This document shows, in pieces, positions 30,638 through 43,697 of a DNA stretch of 64,000 nt (positions within the stretch are counted from its first letter, which is position 1; each line of letters opens with the position of its first letter). Position numbers and translations under genes: made by a program. Under the pieces are notes generated by a model. It saw only the letters and a list, made by a program, of their open reading frames with translations. It was not told the origin of the DNA and did no database searches. Location: assembly GCF_009914755.1 (NCBI RefSeq), contig NC_060926.1; one strand, 5' to 3'. The stretch comes from the human T2T-CHM13v2.0 reference genome, Homo sapiens.

Positions 30638-33349
30638 CACGTCTAAAAAATGAGAATACCTGCATTCAGAGGAACAGCAGGACAAGCTCAGTCAAAAGAC
30701 TATTACTCCTCACCCAGGCTTGAAGTGAGTGAAAGTAGCTGAAAGAAAAGGGGTTAGGGGCCACTGCCATAGAAAAGAAAGGAAAGATTCATATGGAAAG
30801 AAAGAAAGAAACATAATGAGACATGCTCTTATCTAACCCTGAAATGTTGGTGCTCAACAAGAGGTGCCAAAGATTTCTGCAAATGAAAATGTAAGTTGAT
30901 ATTTATTCCTTCTGCAAAATACTTCTTGGACTCAGCACTGCAGAGGTGGCTTTTTCAAAGCCTCTTCCATTTTTCTGATGACACATGACCTTTGCTGTGT
31001 CTTTTGTAACGCTCTTAACACAAGGGTTGCAAATGCAAATGACTTCAAAGACTAGGCATGTAATGTCCATAAGGAAAGCTGGGCCTCCTATTGGAGCGGT
31101 GAGGGCCATGAAACTGGAAAGGCATTACATTCAAATCATTTAAGAGCATTGTAACTGGGCCTGCAAGCCGACAGTTTAAGACTCTGCTTGAAAGCATGCC
31201 CACCTCCTTTTGGAAAGTGGGATGCGCAGGCTGCTAAGGAGTCATCTTCGTCACCACACCTGTCCAACGTGCTGCTTCCAATTTGCTGCCTTATGTTATA
31301 CATGATTGTCTAGAAGAAAAACCATCATCTTCCTTTGCAAAGAAAGTACAGAGGTTTTATGAAGATTTTTTAACATTTATTTCTAAGTTTACAATTGTAT
31401 TCTAAATGCTTGCATTGCCAAATATCTTATTTCCAAATAAAAGATGGAAGATGTGTGAGTGCAAATAATAGTATATTTCAAATCATTCATGAATGTATGA
31501 TTATTATATATGATAGTTCTTATATGATATACGCAAATGTAATATGACATTATATACACATGTATATGCATTTCATATTCATTTAACATATATAATATTG
31601 TATAATACATGATCATGTAGGTATACATATATACATATACATGGCTGACTGGCATTAGAGAAAGTCGTATGTATTATTTTAGGAAAGCAAGAATAAAGTG
31701 AGATAGAAGAAAAGAAAGCAAAGGAAAGTAAAGAAAAATTATTTTGAGAAAAACAGTGCATTCCTTTAATAGTAATTTCTAGTACTGTACATTCACATAA
31801 TTGTCATCACTGTTTCACTCACTTTATATAACCTATAAAAGAAAAGCTAATCTGTAAACATAAGTCACACACTAGAGGACCATAAGCCAAATCCAGTTTA
31901 TAAGATTTGGTTCACATTTCTTAAAAGTAGTTGGATTTAGCAAACTCCATTTTGAATTGGGACATTTCACACAGACATTCATGTTTTCCCTCCTCTCTTT
32001 TGACAGAACATGGGCTCTACAGCTCACTTCAGTCATCATCACAGCTGCCACACCCATTTACATTATGTACCGGATCCTGTTTGGCATTTGATTTTATGGA
32101 CCCTCTATTTACATCTAGTACAGTACACAGGGATCTATCTGTTTTCAACAACACATATCTGGTGGATGAAGTCCAGAGAGTAGTGCAGGGGTGGAGAAGC
32201 CTTTTTAAAATAAGGCATGAAAAATTTAAACCAACAAATATAAACCTATAAAATATTCAGGGCATTAGAAGATCCTGTCTCCTGTCTGGAGGCCAAGGGA
32301 TCATTTTTAAATGAGAAAGGCATCCTTGAAGAATGCATGCTGGTCTAGATCTAGGCCATGTGGCCAAACAAGGGGCTTCCAAGGAATTCTATCTCAAGCT
32401 TAAAAGTGTTGAGAGTTGAATGAAGTTTAACCACCTTCTGTAGTCAGATTCCAGGTTCTTTTCTACAAGTGCTATGTGGTTTCTTACAATGCCAAAGAAT
32501 CCCTGGCCACAAAATAGTCTAGAAATGTGTCACTGAGCCCTGGTAGGGGATTAAGTTTCCTTGAAAATTGGGTCATAACTTTTAGTTTCAGATTCTTCTG
32601 TGCAGTTGGAACATCAGAATACTATATTGTAGGGGAGAAGGTAGAAAGACTGGAACATAACATTTAATTTTTTTCCCAATACTATCTTATGAAATTGAAA
32701 AATCTACCCTGGAACATGTCCAAGTCAAAGGTGCATTAGAAATTGACCCCCCAAAAAATACTTTCTATAAGAGCTTTGAAAAAATAACTTAATTTATTCC
32801 CATTTCCAATGATTTTACATTTAAATTATTTAGGAATGTCAAGGCTACGAGAGATTTAACACACAATTAAGTTTCAGGGTGAAGGTGGGAGTAAATAGAA
32901 AGAGAAGAGACTATCCAGAAGAAATAATTTTCTAAATTAAAAAATGTTGAAAGACAGGGACGAGGACATGGTTCCTGAATAGGAGAAGATAGAACTGATA
33001 AAAGTAATAAATTTTGTGAAAATATTATAAAAGGATTCATTTAACAGGGAAGCATTTACTAGTATGGTAGCCCAACATATAACTAAAATAAAAATTCTGC
33101 TTTATGGTATGTTTTGAAAGGCATAAAAAAGCCCTGAACACTAAATTAACTTTCACAAGAACTGCAGTAATGAAAAATGCTGTGAATACTGTCACGCTGA
33201 TTGGTTAAAGTAAAGTATGCAGAAGGCTTCTTTCAAAAGAAGTTGGGGGATAAAACCTTAACTAATGTGTACTCATTTTAATTTGTCTGAAACTCTGTGA
33301 CCTTGGATATGTTATATAATCTCTCTGGGTCTGTTTCTCGTTTCTAAAG

Positions 33350-35625
33350 TGTATTGGTCTGTTTTCATGCTGCAGATAAAGGCATACCCAAGACTGGGCA
33401 GTTTACAAAAGAAAGAGATTTAATTGGACTTACAGTTCCACATGACAGGAGAAGCCTCACAATCATGGTGGAAGGCAAGGAAGAGCAAGTCATGTCTTAC
33501 ATGGATGGCAGCAGGCAGAGAGAGAGAGCTTGTGCAGGGGAACTCTGCTTAAAACCATCAGATTTCCTGAGACTTATTCACTATCACAAGAACAGCATGG
33601 GAAAAACTTGCTCCCATGAGTCAATTACCTCCCACTGGGTACCTCTGACAACAAATGGGAATTCAAGATGAGATACGGGTGAGGACACCGCCAACCATAT
33701 CATTCCACCACTGGCCCTCCCAAATCTCACATCCTCACATTTAAAAACCAATCATCCCTTCCCATCAGTCCCCCAAAGTCTTAACTCAGTTCAGCATTAA
33801 CTCAAAAGTCCACAATCCAAAGTCTCACCTGAGACAAAGCAAGTCCCTTTCACTTATGAGCCTAAAAATCAAAAGCAGTTTAGTTACTTCCTAGATACAG
33901 TGGGAGGGGGGTGGAGTACAGGCATTGGGTAAATACAGCCATTCCAAATGGGAGAAATTGGCCCAAACAAAGAGGCTACAGTCCCCATACAAGTCTGAAA
34001 TCCAGTGGTGGCAGTCAAGTCTTAGAGCTCCAAAACGTTCTCCTTTGACTCTGTGTCTCACACCAGGTCACACTGATGTAAGAGGTGGGTTCCAATGGTC
34101 TTGAGCAGCTCCACGTCTGTGGCTTTGCAGAGTACGGCCTTCCTCCCAGCTATTTTCGTGGGCTGGTGTTGAGTGTCTGCAGCTTTTCCAGTGCAAGCTG
34201 TCAGTGGATCTACCATTCTGGGGTCTGGAGGACGGTGGACCTCTTCTCACAGCTCCACCAAGCAGTGCCCCAGTAGGGATTCTGTTTGTGGACTCTGACC
34301 TGACATTTTCCTTCTGCACTGCCCTATCAGAGGATCTCCATGAGAAGCCCTCCCTGCAGCAAACATCTGCCCAGACATCCAGGTATTTCCATACATCCTC
34401 TGAAATCTAGATGGAGGTTCCCAAATCTCAATTCTTGACTTCTGTGCACCCATAGGCACAACACCACATGGAAGCTGCCAAGGCTTGGGACTTCCACTCT
34501 CTGAAGCAATAGCCTAAGCTGTACCTTGGCCCATTTTAGCCATGGCTGGAGTGGCTGGGACACAGAGCACCAAGTCTGTAGGTTACACACAGCACAAGGA
34601 CCCTGGGCCCAACCCATGAAACCATTTTTTTTCCCAGGCTTCTGGGCTTGTGATGGGAAGGGCTGCTGTGAAGACCTTTGATATGTCCTGGAGACATTTT
34701 CCCCGTTGTCTTGGGGATTAACATTTGGCTCCTTGTTACTTATGCAAATTTCTGCAGCCAGCCTAAATTTCTCCTCAGAAAATGGGATTTTCTTTTCTAT
34801 CACATTTTCAGGCTGCAAATTTTCCAAACTTTTATGCTTTGCTTTTCTTATAAAACTGAATGCCTTTAACAGCACCCAAGTCACCTCTTGAATGCTTTGC
34901 TGCTCAGAAATTTCTTCCACCAGATACCCTAAATCATTTCTCTCAAGTTCAAAGTTCCACAAATCTCTAGGGCAGGGACAAAATGCCTCCAGTCTCTTTG
35001 CTAAAACATAACAAGAGTTACCTTTGCTCCAGTTCCCAAAAAGTTCCTCATCTCCACCTGAGACCACCTCAGCCTGGACCTTGTTGTTCATATCATTATC
35101 AGCATTTTTGTCAAACCCATTCAACAAGTCTCTAGGAAGTTCCAAACTTTCCCATAGTTTTCTATCTTCTTCTGAACCCTCCAAACTGTTGCAACCTCTG
35201 CCTGTTACCCAGTTCCAAAGTTTCTTCCATGTTTTTGGGTATCTTTTCAGCAACACCCACCTCTACTGGTACCAATTTACTGTATTAGTCCATTTTCATG
35301 CTGCTGAAAAAGACATACCTGAGACTGGGCAATTTACAAAAGAAAGATATTTATTGGACTTACAGTACCATGTGACTAGAGAAGCCTCACAATCATGGCA
35401 AAAGGCAAGGAAGAGCAAGTCATATCTTACATGGCAGCAGGCAAAAAGAGCTTGTGCAGGGAAACTCCTCTTTTTAAAACCATAAGATCTTATGAGACTT
35501 ATTCACTATCATAAGAACAGCTCAAAAAGACTTGCCCCATGATTCAACTACCTCCCACCAGTACCTCCCACAACACGTGGGAATTCAAGATGAGATATGG
35601 GTGGGGACACAGCCTAACCATGTCA
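33350..35625 (-). mobile_element. Complete THE1 (THE1A-like) MaLR: LTR-internal-LTR
   Basis: LTRs at 33350-33702 and 35281-35625 (tgtatt...tca). 1.58-kb THE1-int. 5-bp TSD taaag/taaaa. Inserted in a MIR core (...tgtttctcgtttc|taaaatgag). Confidence 0.93.
34327..35256 (-). pseudogene. THE1-int MaLR ORF remnant (309-codon open frame, GTG start)
   Basis: SLEGSEEDRKLWESLELPRDLLNGFD...FCPCPRDLWNFELERNDLGYLVEEIS is the MaLR internal ORF. The homologous frame appears lost near the T-run at ~34626-34632. Confidence 0.8.
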
Positions 35626-35854
35626 TAAAATGAGATTAAACTAGGTGATTTGTAGATACTTACAGCTCTAAAATTACATATATTTATATATCTTTTCTGG
35701 AGGAAACAATGTACCAGCAGACATTAATACTCTGCCAGATTATTAGTTAGCAATTCCTAGAGGAGGGCAAGACCTTAAGATAAATGCAATATAAGACAAA
35801 TTGCAGTTTCTTAGTAAGAGGCAAGCCTCAAGGAGGCTCAAGGACTTATTCCTT

Positions 35855-36260
35855 GAATAAACATTTATTGGGTACTTATTCAGATCCAGGCCCAAATATG
35901 AATTAGATCCAGTCCACGGTGTTCGAGGTACTTGCTATCACTGTGGAAGACAGGCATGTAAGCACAATCTAGTAGGTAAAAGAACAGGGTGCTCTGGGAA
36001 CATGCTGAAGCAGCCTCTAGCCCAGATGGAGAAAGATACTGTTTTAGAGGACAGGGCCTAGGACACATGAACACAAAACTGAGTCATCAGGGATTAGTAG
36101 GAGTCAGCCAGAAGAGATGATGGGGATAGAGTCCTTCCAGGCAAGGTGAGCAAAATGTGCAAATCCTATATAAGAGAGAGCATGACCATTCTGGGAACTT
36201 CAAATTATTTAGCATAGTGGGAGCATTGGGCTAGATGGAGGAATGTAGAAAGATGATGAG
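35855..36260 (-). mobile_element. L2 fragment
   Basis: aataaacatttattgggtacttat...ccaggc; tccaggcaaggtgagcaaaatgtgcaaa. Confidence 0.55.
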
Positions 36261-36699
36261 CACAGGAGTAAGCAACGGTAGGAATGTGGCACCACAGTAG
36301 GGATGGACTAGCATTTAGGTGATGCTGGGTCGGCTTGGCCTTGGCTGCATGGGAGCACTGCACCTCAGATGGTTAGAACTTAGCAAAATGAGGGTTGGTT
36401 GATGGAAAGAGAAAAGACAGAAAATCTCACATGCATAGAGTGCTATGGCAAGAGCACTTGTTCATCCTTCATTTTACAAGCAAAAAGACGGAAGCCTAGA
36501 GATTTATTTAAAGCAATATTATGTTATGCTTATTTCCTGATTTTGTCTCATGTTAGCCAGGTATGTACTCAGCTGTCTAGCAGGCATTGTTATCAGGTGT
36601 CCTGTGGTATAAAACCATGTCAGCATCTCTTCCCCCAACTCCATCCTCTACTTCTTACCAACTGTACCTCCATGAAAGGTCCATGCTCTGTGATCTCAT

Positions 36700-36975
36700 C
36701 ACATGTTTAATGTAGCACTTATACTGTAATAGAATTATCCTCTTACTTGTCTGCCTCCCCTATCCTCCATGAAGCTGTGTACTATCAGGTCGGTGCAAAA
36801 GTAATTATGGTTTTTGCCATTACTTTCAATGGGGGAAACAGCAATTACAATTTTGCACCATTACTTTTACACCAACCAAATACTTGGTGATAGAGATTTT
36901 ATTTCAACTTTAGATTTTCAGAACCTAGCACTGAGCCTACCACACTTTAGTGCTTAATAAATGTTAGCAGAATAA
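36700..36975 (+). mobile_element. L2 3' end hosting a MADE1
   Basis: cttgtctgcctcccc...gaacctagcac...gtgcttaataaatgttagcagaat. Confidence 0.6.
36785..36880. mobile_element. MADE1 (Hsmar1-derived MITE)
   Basis: tcaggtcggtgcaaaagtaatt...tttttgccattactttcaatgg...aattac...caccaaccaaa. TA dinucleotides at 36783-84 and 36881-82. Confidence 0.9.
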
Positions 36976-37019
36976 AGTAAGATATTAATATGAGCTTTCT
37001 GGGTGGGGTTTTAGGGCAG

Positions 37020-37200
37020 ATCTATTCACAGTGGAATCCTCAGACCAACAGCATCCTCATCACCTGGGACTTTGTTAAGGATGTAAGTTCTCAGAGCTCA
37101 CTCAGACCTAATGTATCAGAGTCTTTGTTGTTGGGGGCCTGATGTGTGCTTTAACAAGCCCTCCAGTTGATTTTTATGCATGGAAGTTGGAGAAGCACTG
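37020..37200. mobile_element. MER5A hAT-Charlie MITE
   Basis: cagaccaacagcatc...cacctgggac...tttaacaagccctccag...gagaagcactg. Confidence 0.75.
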
Positions 37201-37479
37201 TGTAAGGGTACATGAGAGGAGAATAAGACAGAGAAAGGAAAAAATGCACAAACTCAATAAAGAGGTATTTTCACTGTAGTCTATTCTTATTTTTAAAACA
37301 GATAAAAGCTAAAACACAAGTGAGATTACTGGAATAAATCATTGGAAATATATTCATTTAGGTGATGTGAAAAGGAAATAGGTTGTAATCTTCACTCTTA
37401 TAGTTTTATGCAAGTGTTATTGGTACCTTACACTTGCATATATGTTATCTATTTTAAACAACAATAATATTATATATAT

Positions 37480-38060
37480 TTTTTCTTTACATTTTGCTTA
37501 CATGGATATATAATTATACTGAAGAATATAGGGGTAAAGTGAAAAATCTTTTCTATATTTCTGTCCAAATCCCAATACCCACCCAGAGAAGTAACCATCA
37601 TTAAGAGCTTGATGTATCCTTCTAGACTTTCTATGCATTTCCTTTCTTATGTGTCCATATACTTACACAAGAACTTTTAAAATAATAAAGAGGATTATGC
37701 TATATGTTAGTTTTGTGATTTTCTTTTGGTCCTTTCTCTCTCTCACACACTCTCTCTCCAGGCAGATACGTGTGTGTTTGTATCTGAATAAATATATATA
37801 TTATTTGATATGTTTTCATGTCAGTACACATAGATCTACTCTGTTGTTCTTAAAGTTTCACTATATTTTCTTTTGACTTATAAACCGTTATTAACTTAAA
37901 CAGTTATGATTGATGACTGCTTAGGATGTTTCTCTGCTCTAGTAAAGAATGCTGTAATGAACATATGTGTGTGTATATATTTGAAGGTATGTGTTGAATA
38001 TTTCTGAATGATAGATCTGAGGAAATTGCTGGATCAAAGAGTTTACGTATATTTAATACT
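37480..38060 (-). mobile_element. Ancient L1ME-type 3' UTR fragment
   Basis: cccagagaagtaaccatcattaagagcttgatgtatccttctagac; aatgctgtaatgaacat; gaaattgctggatcaaagag. Confidence 0.55.
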
Positions 38061-38949
38061 ATGTTATCTATCATCTTTTAACTCACACTTTCACCAACTT
38101 TGACCCCCAACATTTCTATCAGTCCTTTTGTGAATCCCAGAAGCAGGCTGGGAGACATCACCATGGTCATTATACAGAAGGCACTGAGATTTAAAGAGGT
38201 TAAGGAAGTTGAAACAAGTCACTGACCCTGTACTTATCCCTGATATAGATTTAAAAGGTTGCATATCAGATTCCGATTTATGATAAGGCAGCACCAACAC
38301 TTCAGATTTCACTTTGCCAGGACTTCTTCAACTCCATGATAACACCTGCTTACTATTCCTGAAGAATCCTTGGGTGTGAATGTTCACATCAACAGTCCAT
38401 CCCAGTTCAGAAATCAGCTTCTAATTCCTTAGTCTGCTCAATTTGCACAGCAACACTGTGACCTGCATGTGTTAACTCAACATCAAAGATGAGAGAACTG
38501 AGTGAATCCCAAAGAGCCAAAACAGCCTCCACTTGGCTGAAACAGGCAGAGCTGGAGCACACGGTCTACATTTCAGTCTAGCAAATTTTCCACTACACTC
38601 TACTAATTTAGCTCTCACCAAAAAATAAGGAAGGAAATCTGAAGTTAAATTTCAAGGGTTTAGAATTTCATTCCTGTATGGGCCACGTTTAGCTACACAA
38701 AATTTAGGGGCAGTCTCCTCACATAGGTTTTGAAATTTCCCACGGACGTATTTCAGGCAAAATCTAAACTACTATAATCATGATTAGAATCACCTCCCTC
38801 CTTGAAATTAAGCCAGGTGGGAGGCAACTGTGAATCACTTAGGCCCTCTCTTTCTCTGTCTATAATTCCTCAGAGTCATTCCCAAAGCCCCATTTCTAAG
38901 CAGGCCTTCAAAAACCCACCCCATTCATTCTCACAGATTTCTTAGGTGT

Positions 38950-39480
38950 TATATTAGTCAGGGTTCTCCAGGCAAACAAAACCAACAAGAGGACATGTGT
39001 GTGAGTGTGTGTGTGTGTGTGTGTGTGTCTGTGTGTGTAAAGATATTTATTATAAGGAATTGACTAATGTGATTATGGAGCCTGAGAAATCCCAAGATGT
39101 GCAACCAACAGATTGGAGACCCAGAAGAGCTGGTGGTGTAAGTTTCAGTTCAAAAGTTGGCGAAATCAAGCCCTAAGAAGAGCCAATGTTTCCATTTGAG
39201 CCTGAAGGAAAGGAAAGACTGATAGTCCAGCTCAAGGCAGTAAGTCAGGAAAAGTTCCCTTTTACTCACAGAAGGTTCAGCCTTTTTATTCTATTCAGGC
39301 TTTCAACTGATTGCATGAGGCCAATCCACATCAGGGAGGGTAATCTCCTTTACTGAAACTGATGATTCCAGGGTTAATTTTACCCAAAAATCATCCTCAC
39401 AGACACACCCAAAATAATGCTTGACAAAATATCTGGGCACCTTATAGCTCAGTCAAGTTGATACAAAATTAACAATCACA
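38950..39480 (-). mobile_element. MLT2B solo LTR (ERVL) with internal (TG)n
   Basis: tattagtcagggttctcc...tttattataaggaattg...cagtcaagttgatacaaaattaacaatcaca. (TG)n at ~38996-39038. Confidence 0.85.
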
Positions 39481-40995
39481 AGTGAAATCACCTTTGATTC
39501 ATTCTGTAAAAATTCCAAAGTTTTGGCAGTTCCAAGACTGGCCAGGAAGCGAGAAAACAAGGGAGAAGTTTTTCCATTCATCTATCTAATTAAGTCATAA
39601 GGTTGGAGGAAAGACTTCCTCCCACTAACTTCCATTATAACTATGCAGGTACAGAGCAAAAAATACCCAGGATACATTTATGACAGCATATACAATAATA
39701 TATAGGTGAACACTGATAAAAACACAAAATGACAGAGTTATAGAATTCCAGACACAATAGAGGCCTCAGAGCTCACTCAGATTGACCCACTTATTCTTCA
39801 TATAGGTATGTAAAAACACCAGAGACACATAATGATTCATAGACAGGAAGACACAAACACATGAGCATGCAAGAGGCAGAACATATTCAGAGGGGCAGTG
39901 ATGCACACTTTTGCAGCAGCCCTCCTTTTACTCTGCAAAATATCAATTATCTGGTCACATACTCTGATTTCTTCTCACTTTTGCTTCTTATTTATTAGGA
40001 TTTTATCCTGGAGTGAATCCAACCATATCCCATTCATAATATAGCCTTCTCAAACTTCCTTTTCATGCATTCCTCCTATCTATAAAGGAGGCCAGTTCAG
40101 TACCTATGGAGGGTACCAGTCCAGTTGTGGACAGCACAATGACTAGGAAAGTCTGAGTACTGACCTAAAATTATTGCTGTTCTCTGGGCTTTAACAGATA
40201 AGGGAGAAAATGCTCCAAAGGTAGGGTGTGTACAAGAACCACAGTTCTAAAAGAATTGATACCACAGTTAACTGCAATAAATAATACATAGATACATAAT
40301 AAAGTACTTGATGATTCAGAATCAGTATAATAACCCACTGGAATGAATTCAAAGTGTATCTATGTTACTAATTGGACTCCCTCTTCTATCTCAAGAATAT
40401 CAGTAACCTCTTCCAAGCATTCCCAGACTCTCACAAACCTGCCAATAAATCTGTCTTCTTTCAGTCAATCCCAGCCCACTTCCATGTCTCTACAAGAGTG
40501 TTTCTCTTTTGAAAACACTCTTTCCCCTAGAATTGCTTCCTTTCCTTGAAATTCAAATGCTAAAGTGGTTGGCAGGTTGTACTAATTTAATTTAGTTCAA
40601 CATATAAAAACAAAAGAACTGTTTATTTATCAATCATCATAAGCCCTGAAACAAAGTATTTAATTGGGTTCTTCCGGATCTGCCTGTGTGATATAAAATT
40701 TTGCAGAAGAGGACATGAGGGGAATTAAAGAGGTTGGCCCATTTTCCAAGGGTCATACTGAGTTGGAACCAGAGTTCATAGCCTGTTTTGTTAGTCTTTC
40801 AATTTTGAAAATTTTAATAAAAATAAAGAAGGTATTTAAAAAATTTCAGGTTCCAGTTCTTTTGTGATCAAAGCCAGATCCAAATCAACCAACAAAGACG
40901 CATATGCAAATAAATGGCTTTTAAAACCATGGGAACAATATTGCCTAGGAAAGGATGTAAGCATTAGTGGGCTAAGAGGGCAGGTATGGGCAACT

Positions 40996-41791
40996 CAGTA
41001 ATGAACTTAGATTTTATGGGCTTATGTAATTTAGAGGGCCTTCTTCAAGGAAAATAATAAAAATTTATAATGCAAAACTGGATACATTAAAATGATAAAT
41101 TAATTGCAATAAATTACAGGTGTAAAAATGAGGATAAATACTACAAACATCACATAATGCAGGAAAATTGATTAATATTTGTAAGTCTTAACTGCCTGAT
41201 CCACTTTCAAATGGTTTTCCCCCTATTTTTTCCTGCATATTCCAATTATTTTTCATTCAACAAAGATTTTATAATATTATTTTCCACTAGGAGAACAGAA
41301 AGGTAATCTGGTCTTTCTGCTAGCATTTTTCTCCTCTATACTACCAATATTTACCCAGTGTTGGGGCCATAGACACATTCATGTCATGGTGCTACCTTTG
41401 GCCCTGTACCCTCATGTCCTAGCAGCAGGTGAGTTGGCCAATGGGATGTTTGGCAAAAGCCTCATTAACATGACATGATTGTATGTATCACATACATGTA
41501 ATCCACTAAATCCAAAGGAAACATAACCTCCACCCAAACTCCCTGTAACTGGATTCCCAAAATGCCTACAGACAATCTAATACCACTGAACATTGTGGCA
41601 AGAGGGATGGGGAAGTTGGAGTGAAAAAATGACTGTTGCTTTAACCGTTGTGGTTAAAATATCCTACTTTTGCAAATTTTGCTGAAACATATGACCATGT
41701 TAGCCCTTTCTTGGGGTTTTGGAAGAGGTCCATGCAATGGAGGGGTCCTAAACCTTATGCTTTTATCAACTTCACAGCCAACCTGCCTCTG
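40996..41791. mobile_element. hAT-Tip100 element (MER115/Zaphod derivative) within L2
   Basis: cag...ctg termini; internal aaatactacaaacatcaca, ttaactgcctga; 3' ttggaagaggtccatgcaa...cttcacagccaacctgcctctg. Confidence 0.6.
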
Positions 41792-43697
41792 GGTCAGGAA
41801 TCTATAAAGGAGAATGGGGAAGAGAGTCATCAGCGGCATTGAAGAAAAATCCAGAAAGCAGGGTATCTTAGAAACCCAGGAGAAGGGGGTATTTATAAAA
41901 GGGCATGAGAAACTATGTTAAATTTTGCTAATAAGTTAAATAATATAAAATGAAAAATATCAATGGATTTTACAACATGGAGGTCATTATTGACTTTAAC
42001 AAAGCCATTTAAGTGAAATAGTAGGGGTGTAAACAAAATTATACATAGTTATAAAGTGTATGGATGGTGAGAAATTAGAAACAAATTTATTTAGGTGCTA
42101 TTAGAAGAAGACTTCCTTCCTATGTTTTGGAACCCTTTGAACCTTTGATTATGTCATCATAGGGGTAACTTCTTGGTTTTCTCATCTACCATACCAAAAT
42201 TATCTCTTTACATGTTTCACTCTTTGATTAACAGCTTCTTACGATTAGGAACAAAGCTTTACATCTTGTATCTTCAATGCCTACAATGCCTACATTGAAG
42301 ATACAGTGGAAGATACTGAGTAAATATTTGTTGAATGAATGAATGCCTTTTAGATATAGTTTAGTCTACCCCTTGCTCTCTAGAAATTTTTTATGTCCAC
42401 CCTACTTAAAGAAAAATATTCACTCCTTGAAAGAGGACTAAATAGGATTTCACATCTTTGGTTGTTTTTCTCCCAAGAGAGAAAGAGGTAGAGAAACCGA
42501 GAAACAGAGAGAGACAGACAGACTGACAGAGAGAGGTATTTTTAAAATCATTCTTCAGAAATTCGGTCTAATTTAATCCAACTAACAGTTATTGAACACT
42601 AACTACTTCATCAACCCTAAGACTCAAAATGAAAAAAATATTGTCCAGACTAAAATTGAAAAAGTTTAATTTAACTTGGTAAATACTTAGATAGATGCCC
42701 AGGATCCCAGGAAGCAGGGAAGAGGCAGGGTATGAAAGAGGCTCCCTGGGAAAGCTAGAAGCCTGAGCTGAAGTTTTAAGAAGGTGGAAATTATCCAGGT
42801 GAAGTAAACTGAAATCTCATTCCAGGAAAATTGTGCATGTGTCAGGAGTGCAAGAAATTTGGTAACATGAGAGTCAAGAAATAGCAAGACGTATCTGAAA
42901 ACGCTTAGGGAGCAATTTTGAACTACATTGCAAGGGATGCAAAGAAACTTGATTATTAGCCTGGTTAACTTCTGGTTAAAGCTAGAATTACATAGGAAGC
43001 AGAAATTTGGCTTCCAAGCCCCTCTTGAAAATAGAATACGTCTACTCATTTACTAGGAAACTTGCCTCCTATGAGTTCCCAAAGAATGAAAACATTCTTT
43101 GCTTCCTTCTTAGGACTTCACCTGTCCAAGTAACCCCTGCCATGCACTGCCCCACAGTCCTGAAAAGTTCTGGAAGTAAATCTCACTGCAGCTGCAGTAC
43201 AGTCACAGTGTGTCTGCTGACTACTCGAGAGTGAAAACAAATAGCAGCCATGTGCTGGCCACACATTCCAATGGGGATCCTGCCATCTGTCTTTGTGTTC
43301 ATACAGCCATTCAGATTTCCAGTTCATACCAGCTCGATGCCACTTCCAAGCAGAACTTGGAACAGTTAGAACAGAGAGCAAGTTCATGGACAGCATCAAG
43401 CTTTGCACAGGATTTAGCACACTCACAGAGAAGCAGCAATGTGAGGGCAACATTACAGTAATATTTGTGATAATGATAATAATAATTTGCCAAGATAACA
43501 AGTGGAGTAGATGGTAGTAGAGCCAGTGGTGTGGAGCAGACACAGAGCTTGCCTATATTACAAAGCCACACATACTGCATATTGGGGAAGCCAAAAAATG
43601 TTTTGCCATGGGCACAAACCTACTCTCAGCGAATTGCATTATTGAGTTAATTAATCCCTCTTGCAGTGCTCTGAAGAAGGCATTTGATTATTATCCC

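Noticed and set aside
43118-43580. Cluster of overlapping ORFs up to 141 aa
   Set aside because: No homology I can recognise. They include a (taa) repeat translated as IIIIII and are compatible with chance.
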